Assembly: GCA_046484285.1 (NCBI GenBank)
Contig: JAWOBP010000088.1
Coordinates: 726 to 64,725, forward strand
DNA from: Polyangia bacterium
GTDB taxonomy: Bacteria > Myxococcota_A > Polyangia > JAAYKL01
Direction of reading: 5' to 3'
DNA: 64,000 nt
In this document: positions 11,049-18,721 of the stretch, piece by piece
Layout of the letters: each line of letters starts with the position of its first letter
How positions within the stretch are numbered: position 1 is the stretch's first letter
The notes under the pieces: model-generated
What the model was told of the DNA's origin: nothing
The model's input: only the letters and a program-made list of their open reading frames with translations
The model's database searches: none
Made by a program: the position numbers and the translations under genes

Positions 11049-11849
11049 GTGGCGCGGACACGAGAGATCGAGCTCAACTGCGAGGTGCGCGGCCGGGGTC
11101 CAGCGCTGGTTTTGGTTCCCGGCCTGGGGCTCGATTCGAGGGTTTTCGCGCCGCTGGTCGAAATCCTCGAAGATTTTCGAACCTGTATCGCGGTGGACAA
11201 CCGCGGCGCCGGTCTCAGCGATGCGCCGCGCGGGCCCTACACGATCCCGCAGATGGCGCGCGACCTGGAGTCGCTGATCTCCTCTTTGCAGCTGGAGCGC
11301 GCCTCGGTGGCGGGACACTCGCTGGGCGGCCATGTCGCGCTGCAGCTGGCCCTGCAGAGCCCCGATACAGTGGCCGGTCTGGCCCTGCTGGCCACCTCTC
11401 CCAGCGGCGACCCGCGCGAGCTGGGCTCGACGCCCGAGGCCGCAGCCGCGCTGGCACGAACGAGCGGGAGCCACGAGCGGATCGCCGCCAGCATCGCGCG
11501 AGCCTCCTTCGGCCGACGCTTCGCCGCCGAGCGACCCGAGGATCTGGAGCGCTTCGTCGAGAGCCGGCTGGAGCGCCCGCCGCGGGGCAGGGGCCTGACC
11601 GGGCAGCGAGCCGCGGCCCGAGGCTTCGACGCGCGCGCCCGCCTGGGGGAGCTGCGCTGCCCGACCGTGGTGGTCCACGGAACCGACGATCGCGTCGTCT
11701 CCCACGCCAGGGGTGTAGAGCTGGCGCGAGGAATCCCGACGGCGCGCCTGGTCAGCCTGGCCGAGGTGGGACACCTGCCGCAGCTCGAGGATCCGCAAGC
11801 CGTGGCCGAGGCGATCCTGGCACTCGGTCTCAATCCGGGAATGCGCTGA
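11049..11849 (+). CDS. alpha/beta-fold hydrolase
   Basis: Nucleophile elbow GHSLGG, an HG-like oxyanion region (LVLVPGLG), and a C-terminal EVGHLPQLE His motif. The start codon is GTG. Confidence 0.85.
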   Translation: MARTREIELNCEVRGRGPALVLVPGLGLDSRVFAPLVEILEDFRTCIAVDNRGAGLSDAPRGPYTIPQMARDLESLISSLQLERASVAGHSLGGHVALQLALQSPDTVAGLALLATSPSGDPRELGSTPEAAAALARTSGSHERIAASIARASFGRRFAAERPEDLERFVESRLERPPRGRGLTGQRAAARGFDARARLGELRCPTVVVHGTDDRVVSHARGVELARGIPTARLVSLAEVGHLPQLEDPQAVAEAILALGLNPGMR

Positions 11850-13056
11850 CGCAGTCGGTCAGGGGGCCGGCCAGCCCGCTCCAGCCCGCGTGCCCCTGGG
11901 AGACCGCCGGACCGGTTCCCAGCGACTCGGAGACCTCGTAGGTAAAAGGATCGATTTCGTAGAGGCCAGCGTCGGAGGAGAGGATGTACAGCCGCGCCAC
12001 GTCGTCGTCGAACAGCGGGCCTCCCAGCGCGTGGATGCCCCAGGTGCCTCCCGAGCCGATCAGCGTGCCGAAGCCGGTTTCGTAGTCGAAGTCGTAGATG
12101 TCGCTCGAATCGATCGCGAACCCGGGATTGTCGGTGATATCTCCTTGCGAGTCTATCCCCGGACCCATGTCGTCGATGTCGGCCACGTCGGCGATCGACA
12201 GGTCGCTGATCACTTCGTAGCCGAACTCGCTGGCCAGCACGTCGCCGGTGAAGCGCAGCAGGCGGTTGCCGGTGTTGCTGCTCACGTCGAGGCCGGTGTC
12301 CATCCCGTAGATCCGCCCGTCGCAGTCGGTGTAGAGCGCCTCGAGCATGATCTGCTCGATCATCACGCCCAGCATCAGCGGGGTCACCGCGCTGCCGTCG
12401 CGGGGCGGATCGGGCACGTGGTAGAAGTAGGTCAGGTCATCTGCCTGGGAGAGCCGGGCGCCGAGCAGCGATCCGTCCGCGAGCATGGTCAGGCAGTTCT
12501 GGCCCAGCGGCAGGCCTTCGATCGATGAATCGGTGAACCCGACCACGCTCCCGTCGCTCTCGTCGATCTGGACGTAGACCAGCAGATCGTCGGCCGAGTA
12601 CCACAGCTCGGCCAACATCGCGGGGGACGGCACGTCCTGCTCGTCGGTCTCCCCGTCGCAGTCGTTGTCGATCCCGTCGTCGGTGTCCTCCTGCTGTCCC
12701 GGGTGCACCGTGCTGTCGGTGTCCGCGCAGTCGAACTCCTCGCACCACCAGTCGCCGTCCTGGTCGACGCAGCCGGCGCCCGTGTCCGTGTCGGAATCGG
12801 AATCGGCGTCGGCGTCCGTATCGGAGTCTCCATCGCTGTCGGCATCTGTGTCCGTGTCGGCATCGGCGTCCGTATCGGAATCGCCATCGCTGTCGGCATC
12901 GGCGTCCGAGTCGGAATCGACGTCCGAATCGGCTCCCCCGTCGCCTCCGTCCGGGAGGCCGGCCGCCGGCGAGCTCCCGCAAGCGGCGGCGCAGAAGAGC
13001 AAGAGCCCAAAGGCCGCTGTGATTACTGATTCGGCGATTCTCATTTCCATCCCCAT
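11830..13056 (-). CDS. lipoprotein with Asp-rich repeat linker and DNDCDG-type Cys (putative metal-binding) motif
   Basis: Lipobox LLLFCAAAC and a (DSDxDADA)n linker. The motif CVDQDGDWWCEEFDCADTDSTVHPGQQEDTDDGIDNDCDGETDE matches the myxobacterial putative metal-binding repeat. Three closely spaced ATGs (13044/13050/13056) are possible starts. The 3' end overlaps the convergent hydrolase gene by 20 nt. Confidence 0.7.
   Translation of the reverse strand: MGMEMRIAESVITAAFGLLLFCAAACGSSPAAGLPDGGDGGADSDVDSDSDADADSDGDSDTDADADTDTDADSDGDSDTDADADSDSDTDTGAGCVDQDGDWWCEEFDCADTDSTVHPGQQEDTDDGIDNDCDGETDEQDVPSPAMLAELWYSADDLLVYVQIDESDGSVVGFTDSSIEGLPLGQNCLTMLADGSLLGARLSQADDLTYFYHVPDPPRDGSAVTPLMLGVMIEQIMLEALYTDCDGRIYGMDTGLDVSSNTGNRLLRFTGDVLASEFGYEVISDLSIADVADIDDMGPGIDSQGDITDNPGFAIDSSDIYDFDYETGFGTLIGSGGTWGIHALGGPLFDDDVARLYILSSDAGLYEIDPFTYEVSESLGTGPAVSQGHAGWSGLAGPLTDCVSAFPD
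12781..12930. repeat. imperfect tandem repeats (6-nt units nested in a duplicated unit of about 54 nt) encoding an Asp-rich linker
   Basis: The peptide unit DADSDGDSDTDADADTDT occurs twice, and the gtcgg/atcgg periodicity is visible in the DNA. Confidence 0.85.
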
Positions 13057-13143
13057 TTCGTTTTCTTTGCCTTCGATTGTAACAAATATGGCCTGGCGAT
13101 ACCCGCCTTCCGCTCCCGTCGCTTTTTCGCTATTGTCGATTTC

Positions 13144-13584
13144 ATGGCGCGCGTGAAGATCGACAGGCTCGAGCGCTACCCGTTCACCACCGAGCTCGAG
13201 GTGCGCGTCACCGACCTCAACTACGGCGGTCACCTGGCCTACGACCGGCTGCTGGGCCTGGCTCACCAGGCCAGGCTGCGCCTGCTGGCCGAGCTCGACG
13301 CCGACGAGACCGACCTGGGCGACGCTCGCACCGGGCTGGTGGCCGCCGACGCGGGCGCCGTCTATCGCAGCGAGGCCTTCGTCGGCGACGTGCTGGTGTT
13401 CGACATCGCGCCTGTCGAGATCGGACGAGTCACCTTTCGCCTCAACCACCGGGTGCGGCGCCCGGCCGACGATCGGGAGGTGGCGCTGGTGGAGATCGGC
13501 TTTTCCGCGTTCGATTACGAGCGGCGTTGCCCGGCCCCGCTGCCCGGCCAGTTCGCGGAGAAGCTGAAAGCGCTCGGAGACTGA
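13144..13584 (+). CDS. hotdog-fold (4HBT/YbgC-like) acyl-CoA thioesterase
   Basis: 146 aa. The N-terminal segment EVRVTDLNYGGHLAYDRLL has the Asp/His context typical of 4HBT-type thioesterases. The assignment rests on the overall pattern only. Confidence 0.65.
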   Translation: MARVKIDRLERYPFTTELEVRVTDLNYGGHLAYDRLLGLAHQARLRLLAELDADETDLGDARTGLVAADAGAVYRSEAFVGDVLVFDIAPVEIGRVTFRLNHRVRRPADDREVALVEIGFSAFDYERRCPAPLPGQFAEKLKALGD

Positions 13585-13790
13585 GCAATCCGCGCTGTAG
13601 GGTTTTGGGGTGTCACCCCGAAGCGCAGCGCAGGTAGATAATCAACTGTAAGGGGCGCCTCCTCGCGCGTGTGCCTGTACGCCTCTCGCATCCAGTCCAG
13701 GTCGATGTGATGGGACAGCGCGGATGGCTGAAGCTTTCGGCGATTGTGCTCCGCCTCGAATCCGTGGATAATGCGCCCCGGAGGTGACCC

Positions 13791-14201
13791 ATGGTGAAAA
13801 GAGCACGCTCTCTCGCGCCGCTGGGCGCGCTGGCCGCGGCCCTGCTGCTGGTGGTCGCGGCCTGCGGCGGCGGCAGCACCGAGCCGATCTCGGTGGTCGA
13901 GACCGACCAGGGCGAGGTCTCGTTCAAAGGCACGGTTCATCCCATCTTGATGGACCACTGCGTCCGCTGTCACGGCGAGGACGCCGACGGCGAGCTCTCG
14001 ATCCTGAGCTACGAGTCGCTGATGGAGGGCGGCAAGAGCGGGGACACGATCGTGCCCGGCGATCCGGACGCCAGCCGCCTGGTAACCTCGGTGGAGAAGG
14101 CCAGGCCGCCGCACATGCCGCCGCGGATCTTCCCGGCGCTGACCGAGGACCGTATCGCGGCGATCCGCGACTGGATAGAGGCGGGCGCCGAGGACGACTG
14201 A
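13791..14201 (+). CDS. lipoprotein with c-type haem-binding (CxxCH) domain, planctomycete-cytochrome-c-like
   Basis: Lipobox LLVVAAC and the motif HPILMDHCVRCHG, followed by the GD...PG.P..S.L pattern seen in PSCyt-type domains. Confidence 0.7.
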   Translation: MVKRARSLAPLGALAAALLLVVAACGGGSTEPISVVETDQGEVSFKGTVHPILMDHCVRCHGEDADGELSILSYESLMEGGKSGDTIVPGDPDASRLVTSVEKARPPHMPPRIFPALTEDRIAAIRDWIEAGAEDD

Positions 14202-14206
14202 GCTTC

Positions 14207-14227
14207 CGGCGGCTCCCCTCCGCCGGC
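14207..14227 (+). terminator. GC-rich hairpin just after the cytochrome-domain gene (no U-tract)
   Basis: CCGGCGG (14207-14213), loop CTCCCCT, CCGCCGG (14221-14227). This is a perfect 7-bp stem 6 nt after the stop codon, with no T run after it. Confidence 0.25.
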
Positions 14228-14274
14228 CGACGCGAACGATGCAGGTTCGACGAGCAGCGCGTCGGTGTAGCTGG

Positions 14275-14303
14275 TTGACAGTGTCTGCGGCCGGGGTCAG
14301 GCT
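14275..14303 (+). promoter_or_regulatory. candidate promoter for tRNA-Sec
   Basis: Perfect -35 TTGACA at 14275-14280. The -10 region 17 nt later is weak (CAGGCT). The tRNA 5' end follows about 10 nt downstream. Confidence 0.3.
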
Positions 14304-14313
14304 TTCGGTTCGG

Positions 14314-14408
14314 GGGAACGGACGGGTACCTGGTGGGCCCAGCGGACTTCAAATCCGTTTTGGCGCGTTGATAGCGTGCCGGGTGGGTTCGATTCCCACA
14401 CGTTCCCG
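14314..14408 (+). tRNA. selC: tRNA-Sec (selenocysteine, anticodon UCA)
   Basis: 95 nt. The anticodon loop CTTCAAA (TCA at 14349-14351) sits on a 6-bp stem (14341-46 / 14354-59). The long variable arm is a 6-bp stem GGCGCG/CGTGCC with a 7-nt loop (14362-14380). The T arm is GTGGG-TTCGATT-CCCAC. The acceptor is GGGAACG/CGTTCCC with discriminator G, and CCA is not encoded. The anticodon arm closely resembles E. coli selC (GGACTTCAAATCC). Confidence 0.85.
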
Positions 14409-14411
14409 AAA

Positions 14412-15806
14412 TCAATCCACCAGCAGATCCCAGAGCCGGTCCAGGGGTCCACCGGCGGACGATCCGACGGCAGAGCAGCCGCAGGAGCCGCCCCGGCCGC
14501 CGTCGCCGTCCCCGTCGCCGTCCGATCCGCCCTCCCCGCCGTCGTCCGGCGCGCTCTCGTCGCCGGGCGCGCCGCCGGCCTCGCAGTCCATCCCGGGATC
14601 GTCGTTGTCCCAGCGCATGATGATCTTGCCCTGGCCGACCAGCCATCCGGTGTGGCAGTCGGGAAAGGACATGTCGTGGATCGGTGCGACCACCAGCGCC
14701 ATCTCGGCCATTCCCGTGGCCGGAATCGCCTCGCGGTAGCCGGGCTGGTGCGTCCAGCTCTGGCCGCCGTCGTCGGTGAGGTAGAGGCCGTTGCTGCCGT
14801 CGCTCTCCCAGGTTGAGGCGTTGCAGTAGGCGACTCCCACCTGGCGTCCGAAGAAGTCTATCTCGAAGCAGGCGCCCAGCGCGGTCGCGGCGCCCATCCC
14901 CACGAAGCACTCCTCCTCGGGCAGGTCGGGAGGCGTCGCTGTCGACCAGCTGGCGCCGCCGTCCGAGCTGCTGCCGATCACGGCGCCGCCCTCGGTGGCC
15001 GTGCCGCCGGCCAGCCAGCCTTCGTCGAGGTTCACGAAATCGATGTCGTTGACGCAGTAGGAGAGGCCCGAGGCCACGCTCTGAAACGACTGGCCGCCGT
15101 CGTCGGAGCGCAGCACGAAGCCGGAGCCGGCCGGGTGTCCCGGGATCGTCTCCTCGGTGATCGGGTCGACCTCCTCGGCCGCGGCCGAGACCCCGCCGGC
15201 GATCCAGACCGAGTCCCCGACCACGGCCGCGGCCAGCAGGCTGCTGTCCTCGCCGCCGGGCACCGAGACCTCGGTCCGGGTCCAGCTGGCGCCGCCGTCG
15301 CTCGTGTAGGAGCAGTGGCCGGCCATGCCCACGATCCAGATCTTCTGGCGATCGGGCGAGATCGCGATTTCGGCCGGGAAGTCGCCGTCCATCATCGTGC
15401 CGGCCCCCAGCGTCGCGGAGGGCAGCTCGGTCCAGGTGCCGCCGCCGTCGTCGGTGCGCAGGATCTTGCCGAACATGTTGCCCAGCAGGCCGAACGAGTC
15501 GTCCATCATCTTCACCGCGGCGCCGTAGCCCTGAAAGGAGCCGGCCGACCAGCTCTGGCCGTCGGTGGTGCGGAAGAACAGCGGGCTCGGCTGGCTGCCC
15601 TGCTGGGCGAAGCCCGCGGCGCAGCCGAGCTGGCCGGCGACGCCGACTCCCAGCAGGTTCTCGTCCTGGTTGCCGTTGCCCTTCTGGTAGGTCCAGCCGG
15701 CCGCGGCCGGCCCGGCGGCCAGCGCCAGCGCGGCGGCCAGCGCCAGCGCGGCGGTAGAGTTCGACGATACGAGCATGAGCGACTCCGTTCTTTTTCTTCT
15801 CATCAT
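14412..15806 (-). CDS. secreted BNR/Asp-box repeat beta-propeller protein with Gly/Asp-rich, GCGC-containing tail
   Basis: Six SxDxGxxW-type boxes: TDGQSW, DDGGGTW, SDGGASW, DDGGQSF, SDGGASW, DDGGQSW. Signal peptide MMRRKR...ALALAAGPAAA. The ATG at 15806 has GGAGG about 10 nt upstream. The stop lies 4 nt from the tRNA-Sec 3' end. Confidence 0.8.
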   Translation of the reverse strand: MMRRKRTESLMLVSSNSTAALALAAALALAAGPAAAGWTYQKGNGNQDENLLGVGVAGQLGCAAGFAQQGSQPSPLFFRTTDGQSWSAGSFQGYGAAVKMMDDSFGLLGNMFGKILRTDDGGGTWTELPSATLGAGTMMDGDFPAEIAISPDRQKIWIVGMAGHCSYTSDGGASWTRTEVSVPGGEDSSLLAAAVVGDSVWIAGGVSAAAEEVDPITEETIPGHPAGSGFVLRSDDGGQSFQSVASGLSYCVNDIDFVNLDEGWLAGGTATEGGAVIGSSSDGGASWSTATPPDLPEEECFVGMGAATALGACFEIDFFGRQVGVAYCNASTWESDGSNGLYLTDDGGQSWTHQPGYREAIPATGMAEMALVVAPIHDMSFPDCHTGWLVGQGKIIMRWDNDDPGMDCEAGGAPGDESAPDDGGEGGSDGDGDGDGGRGGSCGCSAVGSSAGGPLDRLWDLLVD

Positions 15807-15876
15807 CAATTGAGTACCTCCGGCGGCGGGAAATGTCGACACGCAGAGCCTGATACGGGATTTCGTTTTCCGCTAC

Positions 15877-16347
15877 TCATCCGCGCAGGGTGGCTACCAG
15901 GCGGCGCGGATCGAGCAGCAGATCGAGCGCGTCGCGCGCGTCGCGGCAGATCGCGTCGGCGGCGAGCAGCGCCTCGCGGGCCGCGCCCTCGTCCTGCAGC
16001 AGCGCCACGCCGAGCGCGGCGGTCTCGAGCATCAGCCGGTCGTTGCGGCCGTTGCCGATCGCGGCCGTCGATCCGGCGCCGAGCCGCTCGACGATCTCGC
16101 GCTTGGCCTCGGACTGAGCGTCGGGCCCCAGCTCGATCAGCTCCAGCGGCAGCCCGGCCAGCTGGCGGCGGGCGTTGCCGAAGGTGTCGGCGGTGGCGAC
16201 CTCGATCTCCACCCGTTCGGCGAGCCGCTCCAGACGCTCGCCGACGCCGGGCAGCAGCAGGCCCCGCCCGGCCAGCGTGCCGTTGTGGTCGAGCACGAGA
16301 TGCGCGATCTCGAGCCGCTTCCACCCGGGTATCTCCAAGCGTATCAA
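15877..16347 (-). CDS. HAD-superfamily hydrolase (small soluble P-type-ATPase-like type)
   Basis: HAD motif I is LVLDHNGTLA and motif IV is GNGRNDRLML. The start is placed at TTG 16347 because higA ends at 16377. The start is uncertain. Confidence 0.6.
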   Translation of the reverse strand: MIRLEIPGWKRLEIAHLVLDHNGTLAGRGLLLPGVGERLERLAERVEIEVATADTFGNARRQLAGLPLELIELGPDAQSEAKREIVERLGAGSTAAIGNGRNDRLMLETAALGVALLQDEGAAREALLAADAICRDARDALDLLLDPRRLVATLRG

Positions 16348-16376
16348 GCTCTCCGCTCCTTCGGCCGTGTCCCGCT

Positions 16377-16700
16377 TCAGGTTCTCGCGGCCGATTCCCC
16401 GGCCGAGTAGGTCTCGATCGATTTCAGTGCCTGTTCTTCCGCCAATCTGGCGCGGTAAAGGTCCCACCGAAGCTGCATGTTGATCCAAAAGTCCTCCGAC
16501 ATTCCGAAGAACTTGGCCAGCCGCAAGGCGGTGCTGGGGGTTATTCCCCTTTTCCCATTCACGATTTCGTTGATTCTCTGGTAAGGAACACTTATCGCGT
16601 CGGCAAGATCGCGCTGGGTGATGTTCATTGGAGACAAGAACTCCTCCAGCAACATCTCACCGGGATGAGTCGGTTCTCGGTTCTTTGGAATTCTGACCAT
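16377..16700 (-). CDS. higA: HigA-family antitoxin (XRE-type HTH)
   Basis: HPGEMLLEEFLSPMNITQRDLADAISVPYQRINEIVNGKRGITPSTALRLAKFFGMSEDFWINMQ is the canonical HigA pattern. The ATG is at 16700. Confidence 0.85.
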   Translation of the reverse strand: MVRIPKNREPTHPGEMLLEEFLSPMNITQRDLADAISVPYQRINEIVNGKRGITPSTALRLAKFFGMSEDFWINMQLRWDLYRARLAEEQALKSIETYSAGESAART

Positions 16701-16717
16701 CGATTGCTCCCTCTTCC

Positions 16718-17014
16718 TCAACGATGATAGTCGACAATTTCTACCTCGTACGCATCGCCCCGGTGCCAGCGAAAGCAAATACGGTATTGATCGTTTACTC
16801 GCACGCTGTGCTGCCCTTTTCGTTCGCCGGACAGCGCCTCGAGGCGATTGCCGGGAGGCACTCTCAAGTCTGCCGGAATCGACGCCGAGTCTATCTGGTC
16901 CAGCTTCCTGACAGCTGTTCTCCTGAGAGCCTCGGGGCATGCCTTTCGCGCCGCTTTGCTTCTTATTCCATTGTACAAGTCCTCCGTACCCTTGGTCTTG
17001 AAGGATTGTATCAT
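16718..17014 (-). CDS. higB: HigB toxin (RelE/ParE superfamily, plasmid-maintenance killer type)
   Basis: MIQSFKTKGTEDLYNG...PPGNRLEALSGERKGQHSVRVNDQYRICFRW...VEIVDYH is the canonical HigB pattern. It lies upstream of higA with a 17-nt gap. Confidence 0.8.
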   Translation of the reverse strand: MIQSFKTKGTEDLYNGIRSKAARKACPEALRRTAVRKLDQIDSASIPADLRVPPGNRLEALSGERKGQHSVRVNDQYRICFRWHRGDAYEVEIVDYHR

Positions 17015-17168
17015 GAATTCACGGTAACACGGAATCCATGTCAAAGCAATCGACGATTTTCGTTTGTCTTCTCGGCTCGATCCCGGAATCGGGAATTGCC
17101 GCGGTGGCGGGGGGCGTGGTAACCAGGCTTTCGCGCCCTGATAAGCATCGTTGCGCGGAGGTGGACCG

Positions 17169-18002
17169 ATGAGCGCCGTGCTCGGGTGGATCGACAGGGT
17201 CGGAGCGTCCGGCGTCGGACTGGTCCGCTACCTGGCGTACCTGCTGGGGCTGCTCTACCTCTCGGTCAAGGTCGTCTGGACCAACCGCAAGCTCGGCCAG
17301 CGCGATTTTCTACGCCAGGTGATGCTGCAGATCTACTACACCGGGGTCCAGGCCTCCTGGCCGGTGGTCACGCTGGCGCTGGCGGTGGGCGCCTTCGCGA
17401 TCGTGGAGGGCGTGGGCGGGATCGGCTCGCTGTCCGGCGCCGAGAGCCTGGGCAAGATGGTGACCGTGGTGGTCCTGCGCGAGGTCTCCCCGCTGCTGAC
17501 CGGCGGGGTGGTGATCGTGCGCTCGGTGACCGCGATCGCCGCGGAGCTGGGCACGATGCGCATCCAGCGCGAGATCGAGGCGCTCGAGGTGATGGGCATC
17601 TCGCCGATTCGCCAGCTGGTGACCCCGCGCGTCTTCGGCGGCCTTCTGTCCCTGTTCGGGCTGAACGTGCTGTTCAACGCGGTCGCGCTCGTGGGCGGGT
17701 TCCTGATCGCCCGGCTGCTGGTCTCGATTCCGGCCGAGGTGTTCTTCCGCTCGGTGCTGTCCGCGGTGGCGCCGGCGGACATCGTCGCCTTCGCGGTCAA
17801 GACGGTCGTGGGCGGGATCGGCGTGTTCACAATCGCCTGCTATCATGGAATGTCGGTCGACCGCTCCTCGACCGAGGTGCCGGTCGCGGTCTCCAAAGCC
17901 GCGCTCAACGCGCTGGTCTTCCTGGTCGTGCTCCACGCCATCGTCTCGTTGTCCGCGCTGCTGTCGTCCGAGACGATCGGCGTGTTCGGAGCGATGCTGT
18001 GA
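17169..18002 (+). CDS. mlaE: MlaE-family ABC transporter permease
   Basis: FLRQVMLQIYYTGVQASWPVV...REVSPLLTGGVVIVRSVTAIAAELGTMRIQREIEALEVMGISPIRQLVTPR is typical of MlaE/Ttg2B. The ATG at 17169 has GGAGG 7 nt upstream. Confidence 0.85.
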   Translation: MSAVLGWIDRVGASGVGLVRYLAYLLGLLYLSVKVVWTNRKLGQRDFLRQVMLQIYYTGVQASWPVVTLALAVGAFAIVEGVGGIGSLSGAESLGKMVTVVVLREVSPLLTGGVVIVRSVTAIAAELGTMRIQREIEALEVMGISPIRQLVTPRVFGGLLSLFGLNVLFNAVALVGGFLIARLLVSIPAEVFFRSVLSAVAPADIVAFAVKTVVGGIGVFTIACYHGMSVDRSSTEVPVAVSKAALNALVFLVVLHAIVSLSALLSSETIGVFGAML

Positions 18003-18721
18003 GCCGCCAGACGCCGGTGCTGCGACTCACCGACGGGCTCCGCTTCCGGGCCGGCCCCTCGACCTGGTCGCTGGAGCCGCGGCGCCTCCAGCGCGGCGAG
18101 TGGGTCGCCTTCGTGCCGGCCGGAGAGGAGCCGACAGTGGACCCGGCCGGTCCGCTGGCGCGCGCCCTGATCACGCTGGCCGAGCCGCTGCGGGGCACGG
18201 TCGAGATTCTGGGCCGGGAGGTCTACCGCATGGATTACGTCGAGCGGCAGCTGCTGCGCGCTCAGGTAGGCTTCGTCCAGGGATACGGCGGCCTCTTGTC
18301 GAACCGCACCCTGCGGAACAACCTGGCGCTGCCGCTCTCGGTCCACGGCGGCCTCTCCCGCGAGGAGGAGCGGCGCCGGATCGAGGACACGCTCTACGGC
18401 TTCGCGCTGGAGTCGGTCGCCGGGCTGCATCCGCACGAGGTGGACGGCGCCACCCGCTGGCGGACCTGCGTGGCCCGCAGCCTGGTGCTGGAGCCGGTCT
18501 GGGTGGTGCTGGAGGGCATCGGCGACTGGGAGATGGACCGCGGGCGCGGAGTGACCTGGAGCCGGCTGCGGGAGTACCGCGAGCGGGGGCGCTCGGCGGC
18601 GGCGATCTGCCTCTCTCGCCAAAATCCCGCGTTCGAGGCATGGTTCGAGGAGCAGGGAGGCGCGGTGGTGCCGTACTTCCCGCTAGTCGACGAGCCGGAG
18701 CCGAGGAGCTTTTCGCCGTGA
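17999..18721 (+). CDS. MlaF-like ABC ATPase homologue with degenerate catalytic motifs (probable pseudo-ATPase)
   Basis: It occupies the position of the ATPase, and its GTG start overlaps the mlaE stop. The NBD-like length and spacing are retained. Walker A is replaced by VAFVPAGEEPTVDP, the signature by VDGATRWR, Walker B by VWVVLEGIG, and the H-loop by CLSRQ. Confidence 0.6.
   Translation: MSRQTPVLRLTDGLRFRAGPSTWSLEPRRLQRGEWVAFVPAGEEPTVDPAGPLARALITLAEPLRGTVEILGREVYRMDYVERQLLRAQVGFVQGYGGLLSNRTLRNNLALPLSVHGGLSREEERRRIEDTLYGFALESVAGLHPHEVDGATRWRTCVARSLVLEPVWVVLEGIGDWEMDRGRGVTWSRLREYRERGRSAAAICLSRQNPAFEAWFEEQGGAVVPYFPLVDEPEPRSFSP

Noticed and set aside
13586-13640. Compound hairpin after the thioesterase gene (GCGCTG...GGGGTG-T-CACCCC...CAGCGC), considered as an intrinsic terminator.
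   Set aside because: The inner stem has a 1-nt loop, the outer stem is only 6 bp, and no U-tract follows. The evidence is too weak to annotate.
17041-17150. A direct repeat of the tRNA-Sec 3' end that would mark the far edge of an island integrated at selC.
   Set aside because: Only weak similarity was found (ggctcgatcccggaatcgggaa versus ggttcgattcccacacgttccc). That is not enough to call an att site. A proper alignment against related genomes is needed.
13585-17150. A selenoprotein gene (in-frame TGA plus SECIS) near the tRNA-Sec.
   Set aside because: All gaps in this region, and elsewhere in the window, are accounted for by intact ORFs or short intergenic DNA. I saw no pair of adjacent same-frame ORFs separated by a single TGA.
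17186-17998. The 5' extensions of track ORFs 17186..18721 and 17845..19878.
   Set aside because: These parts overlap mlaE out of frame and have shadow-like composition. The real genes start at GTG 17999 and GTG 18718, where they couple to the preceding stop codons.
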